A stretch of 64,000 bases of DNA, taken from the NCBI GenBank assembly GCA_047967505.1, contig CM106538.1; one strand, 5' to 3'. The position numbers and the translations under genes are program-made. This DNA is from Dipteris shenzhenensis. Its lineage: Eukaryota. The notes beneath the pieces were generated by a model. That model worked only from the letters and a program-made list of their open reading frames with translations. It searched no databases and had not been told where the DNA came from. The number at the start of each line of letters is the position of its first letter. Within the stretch, counting starts at the first letter, position 1. Below are positions 1-12,798 of the stretch, piece by piece.

Positions 1-442
1 AAAGCATTTCTTGCAGTGTGCAAATTCTAGACAATTCAACACCTACATAGAAACACGCAGAGTGAAGGCAGTCAAAGGTCTTTGTGAATCACAAGTGGAT
101 TGATAGTGTTTGAGACCTTATGGAGATTTATAACAATGAACCAGAGACACTGTAATATTTTCCAATAAATTTAGTACAAAGTCTGAGTTGACTATCTTTT
201 GTTGTAGGACTTTGTGTCCTTTGTAACATTTGACAATACAATATAATTGAGTTTACTCTTTTACTTCTTTTACATTGAGCTGCTCTCCTTCGATCTATTT
301 ACCCTCAGAATCTAGTAGAAGTGGCTCTCTAAACCTTATCAAATGATGCTTTCCATAACCATCTAAATGTCTAGGATTTTTAATTCCAAGTGCTAAAGCA
401 TAACCAATGTATGTCAAAAAGTACCCTGCCCTTAAGCACTGT

Positions 443-817
443 TGTAACGAGTCCTCAGACATAGAGGGCTTCTCTTTGATTACCTCCCAACCATAGATTC
501 CGTGAGCTCCAGCCATGCCTCTCGTGAACCCCTTCAGTTCCTTTTCTCATCCACTTTCCATGTGGAGCTCTCCTTCCAGAATCCTCCCCCTTGCTCAACA
601 CTTGCCAGTTGGCCTCTAGCTTTGGTGCCACATGTCCCACAAGGGACTCCTCTCTTTATAGCCCTCTCTAGGACTCCTTATGCACCACCTCATAAATGCC
701 TAGACTTAGGCGTGACCCTAGATCCAAGCCCTTTAGGCCCTATTAATGCAAGTGCTGCCAAGCCCTCTAGCTTTCTGCCTTATACCGTGGTCACACGGTA
801 TTATAGTTGACGTAACA
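443..817 (-). repeat. 3' LTR of the chromovirus (375 bp)
   Basis: TGTAAC...GTAACA; matches 9110-9465 with about 26 substitutions and one 19-bp indel (manual count); adjacent to the PPT. Confidence 0.95.
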
Positions 818-2018
818 TTCCCTTCCCCTTAAGAAATGTTTACGTCGTCAAAAATAAAATTGGGAAACCTCCTCTGAAGACTGCTTACCCTTTCCCATGT
901 TGAACTCTCTTCAGATCTATCTTTCCACTTAACCAGACATTCTTTCCATATAGTATGTCGTGTTCTTTTTTCTTGTGTATCTAAAATTATTTCTGGTTCA
1001 TGTGGTAAAGATGCAGGTTCAATGAGTTCAACTAGGACTTCATTTCCAATGAGATTATCATCATCTCCTAATTTTCTTTTTAGTCTACTAACATGAAAAA
1101 CTGGATGTACTCTACATCCCTCAGGTAAGGCTAATTTGTAAGCAATTTCTCCGATCCTCTTAAGTATTGTGAATGGTCCACAATACCTAGGAGACAACTT
1201 TGGACATTTACCTGTCTTTAGAGATTCTGAAGATTTAGGTACCTTAAGGTAGACTTTCTCATTTACTTCAAACTCCAACTTTCTACAGTGGGGTTTTGCA
1301 TAACTTCATGCTCTATCTTGAGCTCTTCTTATGCTATCTTTAGCTAACTTAAGCATTTGATTCATATCTTCAAGAAAGTCTTTGGCCGCTTGAACCTTCT
1401 CTTTCTCGAGTCCCACTATCATTGGGGCTCTTAGTTGAAATCCATACATCATCATGTATGGAATAGAACTTGTAGCTAAATGTTTGGCACTATTATATGC
1501 AAATTCTACTATGGGCAGATACTGTTCCCAATTAGTTTGCCATTTACTTACATATGCTCGAAGCATATCCTCAATGATCTGATTGACCCTTTCAGTTTGA
1601 CTATCACTCTGTGGATGATCCGCGATTCTCATATTCAATGAAGTTTCCAACCTCTTAAACACAGCTCTCCAAAAATGGCTGTTAAATTTGCTATTCCGGT
1701 CACTAACAATACCGGCTGTTGGTAGCCCATACAGTCTATAGATATGCTCCACAAATAGCCTAGCTAATTATGGAGTTTTAACATCTTCACTAATAGTAGA
1801 AATAAAATGAGCCATCTTGGTCAACCGATCCACAATTACCCACACAGAGTTGTGCCCCCTCTGTGTCCTAGGTAGTCCCACAATGAAATCCATGGAGATG
1901 CTTTCCCATTTGCTAGATGGAATCTCCAATGGGTGTAGGAGACCTCCTACCTTAAGGCATTCAGCCTTGTTGACTTGGCATTTTTGGCACTTCAATACAT
2001 AATCTTGGATGTCCTTAC

Positions 2019-2364
2019 TGTTGAGAGTTGTGGTGCCATGAGCACATAGATTAAAGGCTAAGGTATGGTATAGGAAAGAATTAAAGTAGCCACCCCAGGA
2101 TGTGGACTACATGATGTGGAGATGTGGATTGAGGATATCCGCAAGGAGAGATGTGGATCAAAGGATCCCACAGATGTCGACTATTCAAAGGGCACTCTCT
2201 ATATAAGAGGCCCATCATGTATTATTGATATAGCACATTGGAATAGATTGAGTGTTTCATACTTCCTGTCTCTCTCTCCATGGCATACCGTATTTGGTTT
2301 GATCCTCCGTGATCTTTATGCTCATTAAGTGATAGATTAGGCTAGTACGATTCGCACTTTAACA
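2019..2364 (+). repeat. 5' LTR of the nested element (346 bp)
   Basis: TGTTGAGAG...TTTAACA, contains CTATATAA, immediately followed by the PBS. Confidence 0.93.
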
Positions 2365-4183
2365 TGGTATCAGAGCTAGTTTAGCTAAGCCTAGATTTGT
2401 TTAGGAAGTTTTCTATATTGTAGAGAGAGAATAGAGTCCATCCATTTCTGAGCATTTGAGAAAGAAATTTCATTCATTTCTTCCATATATTTTAGTTAGT
2501 GTGAGAGAAAACTTAGAGAAGTTCTTTACCAATTGAGAAAGGTCTTCTTGAACACTGTACATGTAGGTTGAAAGGGTGCTTCAACAGCCTTCTGCATTCC
2601 TATTCTAATTACAATAGAAGGTCGCAGAGCCAGAACTCAAGGAGGCAACATGTGAGAATCATGAAATTGGAGGACGTTGAAGATCAAGGGCCTTCAATTT
2701 CCATGGATCTCTCCTTTTTCTGTTGGCTATCTCCTTTTGCTCTGTTAGCTAAGTTAAGGGATGCATACATCAATCTTCTCCTAGCTGCTTCTTTGAAACT
2801 CAGCTCCATAGACGCTCCAGTGATGGGCTCAACCTTTGGAGCAATTCAACAGGCATCGACCTAGGACATTGGCCAAGCCTGAGTCCCATACAGCCTGGCT
2901 TTGTGCTCAACGATAGCACCTTCTTTACCACCCACAGCTAATGATCTACAAATGCAACGCCATGCTCCATCTCTGTGTGGCGGCACCTACAACAACAGTC
3001 AACCAGAAGTGCAAACGGGCCAAACCTCACACTACGTTTACGAGCCAAGGCTCCTCCTCAACAACGATTGCTTATAGATGCTCACAACGCTCTAACAGAC
3101 AAAGACTGGGTGGTCCGTGCTTGCGCCTCTCCAACAAGGTTCCAAAGCCATCTGCAACCTGACCTTCTCCTACTGTCTACATCCACAAGCTGTAACTCCT
3201 GTAACCAGCTCAATGCCCTGAAACCTCTATTGCGCCTCCCTCAACGAAACTACTGGTGGAACCATCACCTTGGCCGCTGAAACTCCAATTGGATAGCTTG
3301 CCCATTTTGCATGCATAGCAGCGCCCAAAACTCCAACAATGCGGCTCAAATGATCGAAGACCTACGTGCAGTCTTGAAAAGCTTGAACATCGACCACGAC
3401 CTGCTGCAAGTTGACACATGGAAGGATTGAGATTTACCATAGTTGATTATCTTAAACCTTAGTTAAGATTATGGTTCGGAACATAAGGTTGGATTAGTCA
3501 ACTACACTTGGGTTAGTCTACGAAGTGACACGTGGTAAGCTAGCACATAGTGCCACCCAAGCACAGTCCTGCAAGTTGCATGAGAATAGCCTTTGCCACA
3601 TCAGCGATTGCCCCTCTTCTTCACAAAAACTTTAACAAGCCATAACTTCTAATCCAATAAGAATTTGCACACGCTCCAAAAAGGAAAAGTGATCGTCTTT
3701 TCTAGCTCTACGCACTTGTCAAGTCAGAATCAGTGTTAGCAATTAGACACTACCAATATTGAAAGAAATCAATTGGTAGGACCTTTGCAACAAATAACCA
3801 TGAATGCACACATCGCTGTCATAAGCATGCCAAAAACACAAGTGCATGAGATGACCATAGCACAGAACATGGTATCCACACATAAAGCATTAAGGCACAT
3901 GGTAGAACAAAGCATCATGCATCAAGCTACGTTAAGCAAAGAAGACAACGGCATCGACAACATGTATTGAGAAGCAAAAACCTTGCCATCTTTAGCCCAC
4001 ACACATGGAAATCAAAGTTGACCACTTGAGAGTAGCTATGAAAGCACCCAGGGGAGGTATTGACATGTAAAAACCACACTTGACCACCTTAAGTAGCAAT
4101 GCATGCACTAAGGGGAGGTGATGGAATGTAACTCACATCTGACCACCTTGCAGTAGCCAAAGGTTCATGGCACCAAGGGGAGG

Positions 4184-4505
4184 TGTTGAGAGTTGTGGTG
4201 CCATGAGTACATAGATTAAAGGCTAAGGTATGGTATAGGAAAGAATTAAAGTAGCCACGCTAGGATGTGGACTACATGATGTGGAGATGTGGATTGAGGA
4301 TATCCACAAGGAGAGATGTGGATCAGAGGATCCCACAGATGTTGACTATTCAAAGGGCACTCTCTATATAAGAGGCCCATCATGTATTATTGATATAGCA
4401 CATACTTCCTGTCTCTCTCTCCATGGCATACCGTATTTGGTTTGATCCTCCGTGATCTTTATGCTCATTAAGTGAGATTAGGCTAGTACGATCCGCACTT
4501 TGACA
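4184..4505 (+). repeat. 3' LTR of the nested element (322 bp)
   Basis: Copy of 2019-2364; preceded by the PPT and followed by the TSD. Confidence 0.93.
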
Positions 4506-7500
4506 CTTACCTATTTCAGGCCAAAAGAATTGTCTTTTCAGAAGCACATATGTCTTCTGAATTCCCGGGTGTCCGGTACTTGGACTATCATGACATTCAA
4601 AAAGGATTTGGCACCTAATTTCATTATCTTCTGGGACACATACTCTACCCTTGTAGAGCAGGTAGCCATCTTCTATAGTATACTTTTTCCACTTGAGTCC
4701 TTTATCACCAACCTGTGGTGTGTTCCCATTTCCATGTGACTCCTCAGTGAAAGCCTCTTGATTTGTTGGATCCCTATTTTTAATTACTTTCCATATTTCA
4801 GAGAAGTGAGAATCAAACTCACATTTCCCCTTTAAGGACTCTAGGAAATCATTTTGAAATTGAGTAAAACTCAATTCATTAAGAATTGGCATTCGGCTAA
4901 GAGAGTATGCTACCACATTGAACTTCCCTTTCCTATATGTCAATTGTATATCAAACTCTTGCATTAACTCAATCCATCTAGCTTTTCTACCTTTAAACTC
5001 TGGCTATTTACAAATCCACTTAATGCTCTCCTAATCAAAGATGATCTCAAATTTTGCACCATATAAATAGGACCTCCACTTTTTTAAAGCATAGACTATA
5101 GCATATAGTTCCTTCTCATATGCCGAGTAATTCCGTTGGGCACGATCTAACTTTTTGTTTTCAAAAGCCACTGGTCGACCTTTTGTATAAGTACCGCCCC
5201 AATAGCAAAATCACTAGCATCTGTCTCAACCACGAATGGTTCATTGGGATCCACTACTTTTAAGACAGGAGTTGCCGCTATAGCTACCTTTAATTTCTCT
5301 TTTGAGGTTCATCCCATATTAAGGTGCTTCCCTTTCCCTTAAGCTGGTCCATCATCTGAACAGCAATCTTAGCGTAATCTTGGATGAATCTCCTATAGAA
5401 TCTTGACAAACCTAAGAATATCTGTAATTGTTCTAAATTTGTAAGATGTGGCCATTCCAATATGGCCCTTACTTTGTCAGGGTCCACATGAACCCCTTCT
5501 TGGGATATTATATGTCCCAAGTATTTCACTTCTTTTGCAAAGAATTCACATTTGGATTCTTTAGCAAAGAGTGAATTATCTCTAAGCACTTGGAACACTT
5601 TTCGCAAATGTTCCAAATGCTTTTTCCTGGTTTTACTATAAATAAGGATATCATCTAAAAATACTACATCAAATTTTCCTAGATATGGCCTTAAGACACT
5701 GTTCATAAGTGTCATGAAAGTTGCTGGAGCATTTGTTAATCCAAATGGCATTACTTTAAATTGATAATGCCCATACCTCTAGTAGGAAATGATGTCTTAG
5801 GGACATCCTCTTCCCTAATTCGTACTTGGTGATATCCTGATCTTAAATCAATTTTAGTAAAGTATTTTGCCTCTTGCAAGTGATCAAAGAGCTCATCAAT
5901 GCGAGGCATAGGATACTTATTTTTTATGGTGATTTTATTTAGTGCTCGGTAATCTATGCATAAATGCATAGTACCATCCTTTTTCTTTACTAGTAAAACT
6001 GGTGCAGACCAAGGTGAGCTACTTGTTTGGATTTGGCCCTTCCTAAGATATTCCATTAACTGTCTTTTGATCTCATGTTCCTCCATTTGACTAAGCCTAT
6101 ATGGGGGTTTACAAATAGGTGTAGATCTAGGAATTAAATCTATTTTATGATCTACTTCTCTCTTAGGAGATAAACCATCAGGTAAATCAGACGGAAAAAC
6201 ATCTTTAAATTCAAATATCAAATCATTGAAAGAAGATTTATACTTTTTAACATTATCAAAAACAACATTACTTCTTTCCGATGCAGAAGACATAAAATCA
6301 CCAATAAAAGTAAGTTCACAAAGATATACCTCGCATTCTCCTTGGTGTAGTAGTCGTTCCAATTCCATCGAACAAATAAGAGGAGAGCTAGGCACGTCAT
6401 GTTCTCCTTGAATATGGAAGACTCTACCCTATTTTTCAAACATAATGGAGTTCAAGATGCATGATTTGGAAATCCAAGGCATCCTGGTAGTCTTGAATAT
6501 CCACCTCTACACCATAGATCATGGTGTCCCAAACTTTTTTATCACTACCCTTTGCCAAAGAGACCACATATTTATGGGCATTGGGACTCTTAGGCAATTT
6601 TAATTTCTTAACTAACGAGTAGTTTAAGAAATTATGTGTTGCACTATCATCGACCATCACTCTTACTCTTTGCTCCTTAAATTTTCCATGCATCCTCATT
6701 AAATCATGAGGACCAAAGGTGGGCTGCCACATTGCCGATGATAGACAGCACATGTGGGTGCTATCCTCATGATAGACCCCTACCTCAGTGTACTTTTTAG
6801 TACCATTAAGCGGCAACACTTACACAGCATGCACTTGTCTTTGTGGAGGTCTATTTGGGGCTTTAGCTCCCACTGGTTTATTTTTAGGGCAGTTCCAAGT
6901 AGCATGGTCTTTGCCGAAACATTTGAAGCAAAGATTTTCTTGCCTGGCCCTTTCATAATCCTCTCTCTTTAAGAGAGGATGATTTTGTGTTTGAGGTTTC
7001 TTAGGTGGTACCTGAAAAACCTCCTTCTTAAAGTGCCCATTCCTTTTCAAATTAGAAAATTTATTGAACCAAATTTGGAACAAAACCTATTTGCTATGAA
7101 GTTCTAACTTTGAATTTCCCCGTCATATCATCGTATATTTGGGCATACTTAATGGCTTCCTCAAAGGTTTTTGGAGAATTTCTTTTCACTTCAACCTTAT
7201 AAGTGTCTTTGAGACCTCTCACAAAACCCCTTATCTTTTGGAATTCATCAATTCCCTTCAGCTTAAGGACTACCTCCCTATAGTTTGCTATGTACCGGAC
7301 TAAAGTGTTTTTACCCATAGTGCAATTGTCCCAAGCCTCCCACGCCCTTTCTAATTCATTTTCTGGTAAAAACTCTTTTAGGAAGGCTTGTTCAAACTCA
7401 GTCCAACACCTAGGAATTCTATCACTCTCTCTGAGGCTCATCCACCATTTATAGGCTTTATTTCCAAGGGAAAGACTTGCTTCCATGACTTGATTTTCAG

Positions 7501-9109
7501 GAGGTGTATTCCTGAGTCAGTGGAAGTCTTGCCATTTTTGCAAGAACGTATTAATCGCATCTTTATTACGCTCCTTTTCTTCCCCACTGAAAATTGGCGG
7601 TTTTAAGTCCTTAAGAATGTTCGAGGTTTCTCTAAGTCGAGAGGTAGCCCTCTCAACATTATTAGAAGGAATCGGTGATTTTTTAGTAATAGATACCGAT
7701 TGAGAATCGGCTATCTTAGTTATAGCTTCAGCTAGGGTTTTTAATGTTTCACTGATAACCCCTAACTATGTTTTTATATTTTGCATCCGAGTTTCAAGTT
7801 TAGTGAATTCCGCATACGGAATTTCATTATCAGCGTAATCAATATCCTCCATTTCCACATTATCCTCTTGCGTTTCAGTTTGTACCTCCTCATGTGTTTC
7901 CTCTTCAACTATTGCTTTTCCCTTTCTAGCCCTTTCCTCAGCCTCCCTAATCATACCATCCCTTTCTAGAGTGGTCATTATAGACATATATTTTCCAAAA
8001 ATTATAAAGCAAAGCGCTTTATATTAGAGAGAAAAATGTGATGCCCACTTCCCTGGTATTTGTTTAAGGCATTAGATTCATCTTGAAAGTCATCTCACTT
8101 TCTTTGATTGTTGATCTCGCCTTTGCTTTCCTTGAACTCGATCCCCAAAATCTTCTTTTAACTCCGGCCCCTTCTGCTTTCTTCAATCTCAAAGTCCTCG
8201 CTTTGATCTTCTTCTTTAAATTCAGTGAGGCTAAGAAGATTGGAGAAAAAAAATGATATGGGCCTTGGGATTTTCTTTAGAGATATACACGATGAGAGGG
8301 GTTAAAAAGAAGAAAAGTGAGGTGGCTTTTCTTCAAAGGTTGTTGAACCTTTGAATGACGTGGCTGTTTTTTTTTTCAAATCTTAGGCAATAAGAAGCAG
8401 GGACGACGAAATAGAAATCGGTGAAGGAATGTCGCGTGCAACTTTCTTCTTGTTTTGCTCTCCTTAGTATGCAAACAGATGAATAGCTTCCACTGCGCAC
8501 TTCCTTCCCTTGACTCTGACTAGTCGATTGTTTTCTGACTCCTCTGAGGCTCTGAGAGTTTGAGACTCTAATGTATTGGCACGCTGCAGCATAGCAAGGC
8601 AGCCAAGATTGACATAGTGACACTCGTGACGGATTCTTCACAACAGTACAAATGATGGATCACGGCTCCTTTCCAGCACATATAAATTCCATCGGTCATA
8701 GAACTCCAGCTTAGTCAATTCGCGGGTTTGCTACAATGCCAATTCTAGTTCGTAGAAGTTGGCAGAACTTATATAAGCAAATCTCTAGACTCTCCACCGT
8801 ATACAGGTATACTGGGCTGTGTAGATCGATAAAACAACAGCTTGTTTTATATGGGTTGCCTTGCCTTGGGGCTCAGACTCTGATTCCAACCAAAAAACGG
8901 GAACTCCAATCACCGACAATGACAAACTACCTTTCATATATATCTTTCAAGCCTTTTCTCAAATATGAATGGTCCATCACGGCCACACACGATTAAAGTT
9001 AGTAGCTTCAGTCAATCGTCGATGAAGCACCTTCCTCCTCTTGTCGTTGTTGCACATGAAAACCTCTTAAAAGCACTCCTCAATCCATTCGATTTGGCTC
9101 TGATACCAA

Positions 9110-9465
9110 TGTAATGGGTCCTCAGACATAAAGGGCTTCTCTTTGATTACCACCCAACCACGGATTCTATGAGCTCCACCCATGCCTCTCGTGAACCCCT
9201 TCAGTTCCTTTTCTCATCCACTTTTTATGTGGAGCTCTCCTTCCAGCACTTGCCACTTGGCCTTTAGCTTTGGTGCCACATGTCCCACAAGGGACTCCTC
9301 TCTTTGTAGCCCTCTCTAGGACTCCTTATGCACCACCTCATAAATGCCTAGACCTAGGCGTTACCCTAGATCCAAGCCCTTTAGGCTGTGTTAATGCAAG
9401 TGCTGCCAAGCCCTCTAGCTTCCCACCTTATACTATGGTCACACTGTATTATAGTTGATGTAACA
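9110..9465 (-). repeat. 5' LTR of the chromovirus (356 bp)
   Basis: Copy of 443-817; adjacent to the PBS; followed by TSD ACTGT. Confidence 0.95.
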
Positions 9466-9610
9466 ACTGTTTGCTCGAGCAATACCCCAAAATGCCTAAA
9501 GCAAATAGCTTCTCAATTAATATAACCTTTTCCTTCGGCCAATTTACTTGGTACCCACCAAGAAACTTTGACAATCATTTGAAAAAGTAGACGAACACCT
9601 CTTCATTGTT
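9466..9610 (-). pseudogene. Upstream half of an unidentified decayed reading frame split by the chromovirus (continues at 437->295)
   Basis: Joining the flanks across one TSD copy reads LSKFLGGYQVNWPKEKVILIEKLFALGILGYCSSKQCLRAGYFLTYIGYALALG... in frame; family not recognised. Confidence 0.4.
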
Positions 9611-10115
9611 GCTTGACTGTCTATGGTAAATCAAAATCTTGGCAGAGGACATCTTGTTCATATAGTGTGCAAGGGAAGACAATTCTCCAAGTCCCCTTTC
9701 TCTCTCCCAATGGACCTTCTTAGAAAACTGTCATATTCAATATAGAGCTACAATATCAAAAAAGAAGTAATGAGAAATATGTACACAGGTCATGATAAAG
9801 AAGATCTAGCAGAGAAAATAGTGACATCGTACCTTCATATTCTCATCATCCTCCAAAATTTTATCAGTCCAAAGATCAGTGCTTCCAACATCCTTGTCTA
9901 TGCTACAGAGTTGAGCAATTAAGTCCAAGGTGTAATCTTCTATGAGTTCAAAGATGACAAGTATATCTGACAGTAGCTAATACTCTTGACCTTGAATAGT
10001 GGAGGGAAGGATAGGTATAGCTGGAGTACTTGTTTCAAATTCTAGTCCTTCAATAGAGATAGCTCTATTTACTGTTTTTGACTAACATCCAAGGCTGCAT
10101 CCTCCTTGCTCTCTT

Positions 10116-10227
10116 CCTCAAGATCAATGTCCTCCTCTTCTAGTTCCTGAGCCTCAAGATTAATATCCTCCTCTTCTAGTTCCTGAGCCTCAATATTAAT
10201 ATCCTCCGCTTCTAGTTCCCACGCCTC
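10116..10227. repeat. 36-bp tandem repeat x3 (reads as an acidic EAQELEEEDINL-type repeat on the - strand)
   Basis: Units CCTCAAGAT(C/T)AAT(G/A)TCCTCCTCTTCTAGTTCCTGAG at 10116, 10152 and (diverged) 10188. Confidence 0.85.
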
Positions 10228-10431
10228 TTCTATATTTCTGTGTTTTTCTCCAATACCGGGTTTCTTGAAACAAATTTGAAACAAATTTGTTTGAAACAAA
10301 TTGAAACAAATTTAGAAGGAATTAGGAAAATTTAGGGAGTGTTTGTGAGATAGAAGGAAAAGGAATTAGAAAAAATAGGAAAATGGAAAATTTTAAAATT
10401 AAATGGATGCAAAAGAAAAAGGAGAATAGTA

Positions 10432-10432
<1 letters not shown>

Positions 10433-10499
<67 letters not shown>
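10433..10499. repeat. Compound (TG)n(AG)n microsatellite
   Basis: Directly visible. Similar AG/TG tracts at ~10952-11001, 12266-12296, 12870-12923, 41748-41781 and 44097-44183. Confidence 0.95.
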
Positions 10500-10502
<3 letters not shown>

Positions 10503-10646
10503 CTAGCGCAAACAAAGGGAAGGATCCTAGCCGATAGGGCACACCGGTGAGCGAGTTAATAGCGAACGCAGGTGAGCAAGCCGATGCAAACGTAGGGAAT
10601 GGAGCAGTTGGTGCTATAAAAATAATCGAACTCTATAAATAGAAGC

Positions 10647-10948
10647 TGTTCCTCAAATTTTGCTCCAAATCATGATGCTTAAATGGTCGAACGTGTCAAT
10701 GGTACTAGTAATTGTGAGGTGCATGTGATGTAAAGATGTCTAGAAATTTGTGCCATTGGAAGACATTAGAGCCTCCATCGTCATCTCTCTCTCTCTCTCA
10801 TAACTTTTTTACGAAGACAATAATGTGCTAAAAAGAAAGCGATTTGGAGGTTTGGGAAATTTCCAACCCTCCAAATCGCGTTCTTTTGTACACACCATTA
10901 TCTTCTCACATTCTGAAGCCTAGATGACTTCCCAAGCAAAGCAGTCTC

Positions 10949-11004
<56 letters not shown>

Positions 11005-12265
11005 TCTCTCTCCTCTCTCTTGCATGCACGCGTGCTCTTTCTTCACTTTGTAGGACATCTAGGATTCCAAATGTTAAACAACAATGATGGGTACAAAAGA
11101 AGTGATTTGGAAGGTCAAGAATTTCCCAACCCTCCAAATCACATTCTTCTGTACAATCTCTAGTATTGCACTTTTTGAGGCAAACGTGCTCCCATGGGAG
11201 ACAAAAAAGTAGAGGAGGGCCTAGGATTTGAGAGAGAGAGAGAGTAACAATACGAAGGTGTTTGTTTACAACATTAGAAAATACATAAGTCTTCTTGGAA
11301 GTATGTTTTCCATTGTTTGTCGCTTACACCATTAGAAAATACATAAATTTTCTTGGAACTACATCTTGTTTTTACAAGAGTCTACTCCAAAGTCCCTACT
11401 ATCGCATTGGCTTCATGAAAACAAGTTGACTTTAAATCTGTAAGCCATTGGTAACTTGGATTGGCGTCTGTAATCTTGTCAGAGACTCTCCTCACAATCT
11501 ACTTCGAGTCTTCCACCAACTTGTAAGCACACAAGAACTCCTCCTTTTGCTCACCTTCTCATTCAATACAATGTCTAGCCTCCCCCATATTGTACAAAAA
11601 AACTTAGCTCATAAGCATACAAGTTACGTGATTGAATGAAACAAAAAAAAAGGTATAAATATTCACCAATTCTGTTGACTTCAATTCAAGCAACCAAGTC
11701 CGTAACATATCCCCTTGGAAGGACTTTCCTTTCATGGATCCATATAGAAGGGATATTAGACATGTTTATAGTTGTTGTAACGTACGCGGCTAATAACTGA
11801 CTGGCTAGTTGCTGGAAGGTACGTGGCTAGTAACTAACCATCTCTAGGAAGGAGTGAGGGAAGTAAAGCGAGCAAAGAATTTGAGGTGCCAGTGCTCCTA
11901 CTTCAGTACCCTCTAGGAGTCAATCCTGTCCTCAGTCACTTTATGTCAAATCTTTCACTTAATGTCAAACCTTTCACTCACTTTATTATTCCAGATTTGT
12001 ATATCAATCTTGTCCTTGATCACTTTCTTTCAATTCTTCCACTTACTTTTTTCTAGATTTGTATATCAATCTTGCCCTCGATCACTTAAGTTCTTTCAGA
12101 TCTTTCTCTCACTTTGTTCAAATTATGTACTAGAGTGTACAAAATGTTGAAGGTAAGAAGATTGTACAAAAGAATGTGATTTGGACTATTGGGAATTTCC
12201 CAACCTTCCAAATCGCATTCTGTTGTACAAATTGAAAGGTTTGTCAAGAGATCCAAAGAATGCAT

Positions 12266-12297
<32 letters not shown>

Positions 12298-12798
12298 TGT
12301 GTGGCTATATTTGGTTTGTATAACTTTATCAAAATTGCTTTTTCAATTTAACATAGTAAATTCAAAGGGATAATTTAATTTTTGTTGCAAGGTGTAGCGG
12401 AGCAATCTCCAGTTCCGCCAATGAAAAGGAGATTGCAGGAACAAGCTTCCCCTTATCAAGGAGAGGAAAGTTCAAGCTAGAAAGAGAAGAGATACAATCG
12501 AGCTAGCAAGTGTCAAAGGCATGTATTTTGTAGAAAATTCAGGCCCCTTCAAGGGGAAGACATTAAAAGAAGACCAGAATGCTACATATTTGTTAGTTTT
12601 TTTACTTTCTTGAGAAGTGCAATGCTCAACAGGATTACCATCGGGTCTGTATAAGGATCCATTGGGGAGAATGAGGCTCTAATGTCTTCCAATGGCACAA
12701 ATTTCTAGATGTCATGAAATCACATGTGCCTCATGACCCATCCCATCCACAAGTTCGACCATTTACGAATCTTGATTTGGAGTGAAAATTGATGAACA
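10647..12798. mobile_element. Putative non-autonomous long-TIR (MULE/foldback-like) element
   Basis: ~125-bp imperfect inverted repeats at 10647-10775 and 12673-12798 with a 37-bp perfect core (10739-10775 vs 12673-12709). Three internal ~60-70-bp palindromes. No TSD identified. Confidence 0.5.

Larger units (their letters stand above)
2019..4505 (+). mobile_element. Non-autonomous LTR retrotransposon (TRIM/LARD-type, probably Copia-derived) nested in the chromovirus integrase
   Basis: LTRs 2019-2364 and 4184-4505 (about 8 substitutions, 22-bp and 2-bp indels). TSD CTTAC at 2014-2018 and 4506-4510. PBS TGGTATCAGAGC at 2365-2376. PPT AAGGGGAGG at 4175-4183. No gag/pol domains. Removing it restores host integrase WPEIGKDIQDYVLKCQKC. 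Confidence 0.93.
829..7987 (-). pseudogene. Chromovirus gag-pol, broken by stops, frameshifts and the nested insertion
   Basis: ORF fragments: gag (7987-6820, knuckle CFKCFGKDHATWNC), protease (VMVDDSATHNF), RT ([31 protein letters not shown]), RNase H, integrase (HPG...CQKC, WESISMDF, IVSDR, QTERVN), GPF motif and chromodomain. Confidence 0.93.
443..9465 (-). mobile_element. Full-length, decayed Ty3/Gypsy chromovirus LTR retrotransposon
   Basis: Direct-repeat LTRs 443-817 and 9110-9465 (TG...CA). 5-bp TSD ACTGT at 438-442 and 9466-9470. tRNA-iMet PBS (TGGTATCAGAGCC on the - strand, 9096-9108). PPT at 818-830. Domain order gag-PR-RT-RH-IN with a C-terminal chromodomain (EPEIILDTQEKRTR...CLVKWKDRSEESSTWE). 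Confidence 0.95.

Noticed and set aside
2365-2376. tRNA-Met-related sequence (also at 9096, 14395, 27299 and 61501)
   Set aside because: These are 12-14-nt primer-binding sites, not tRNA genes.
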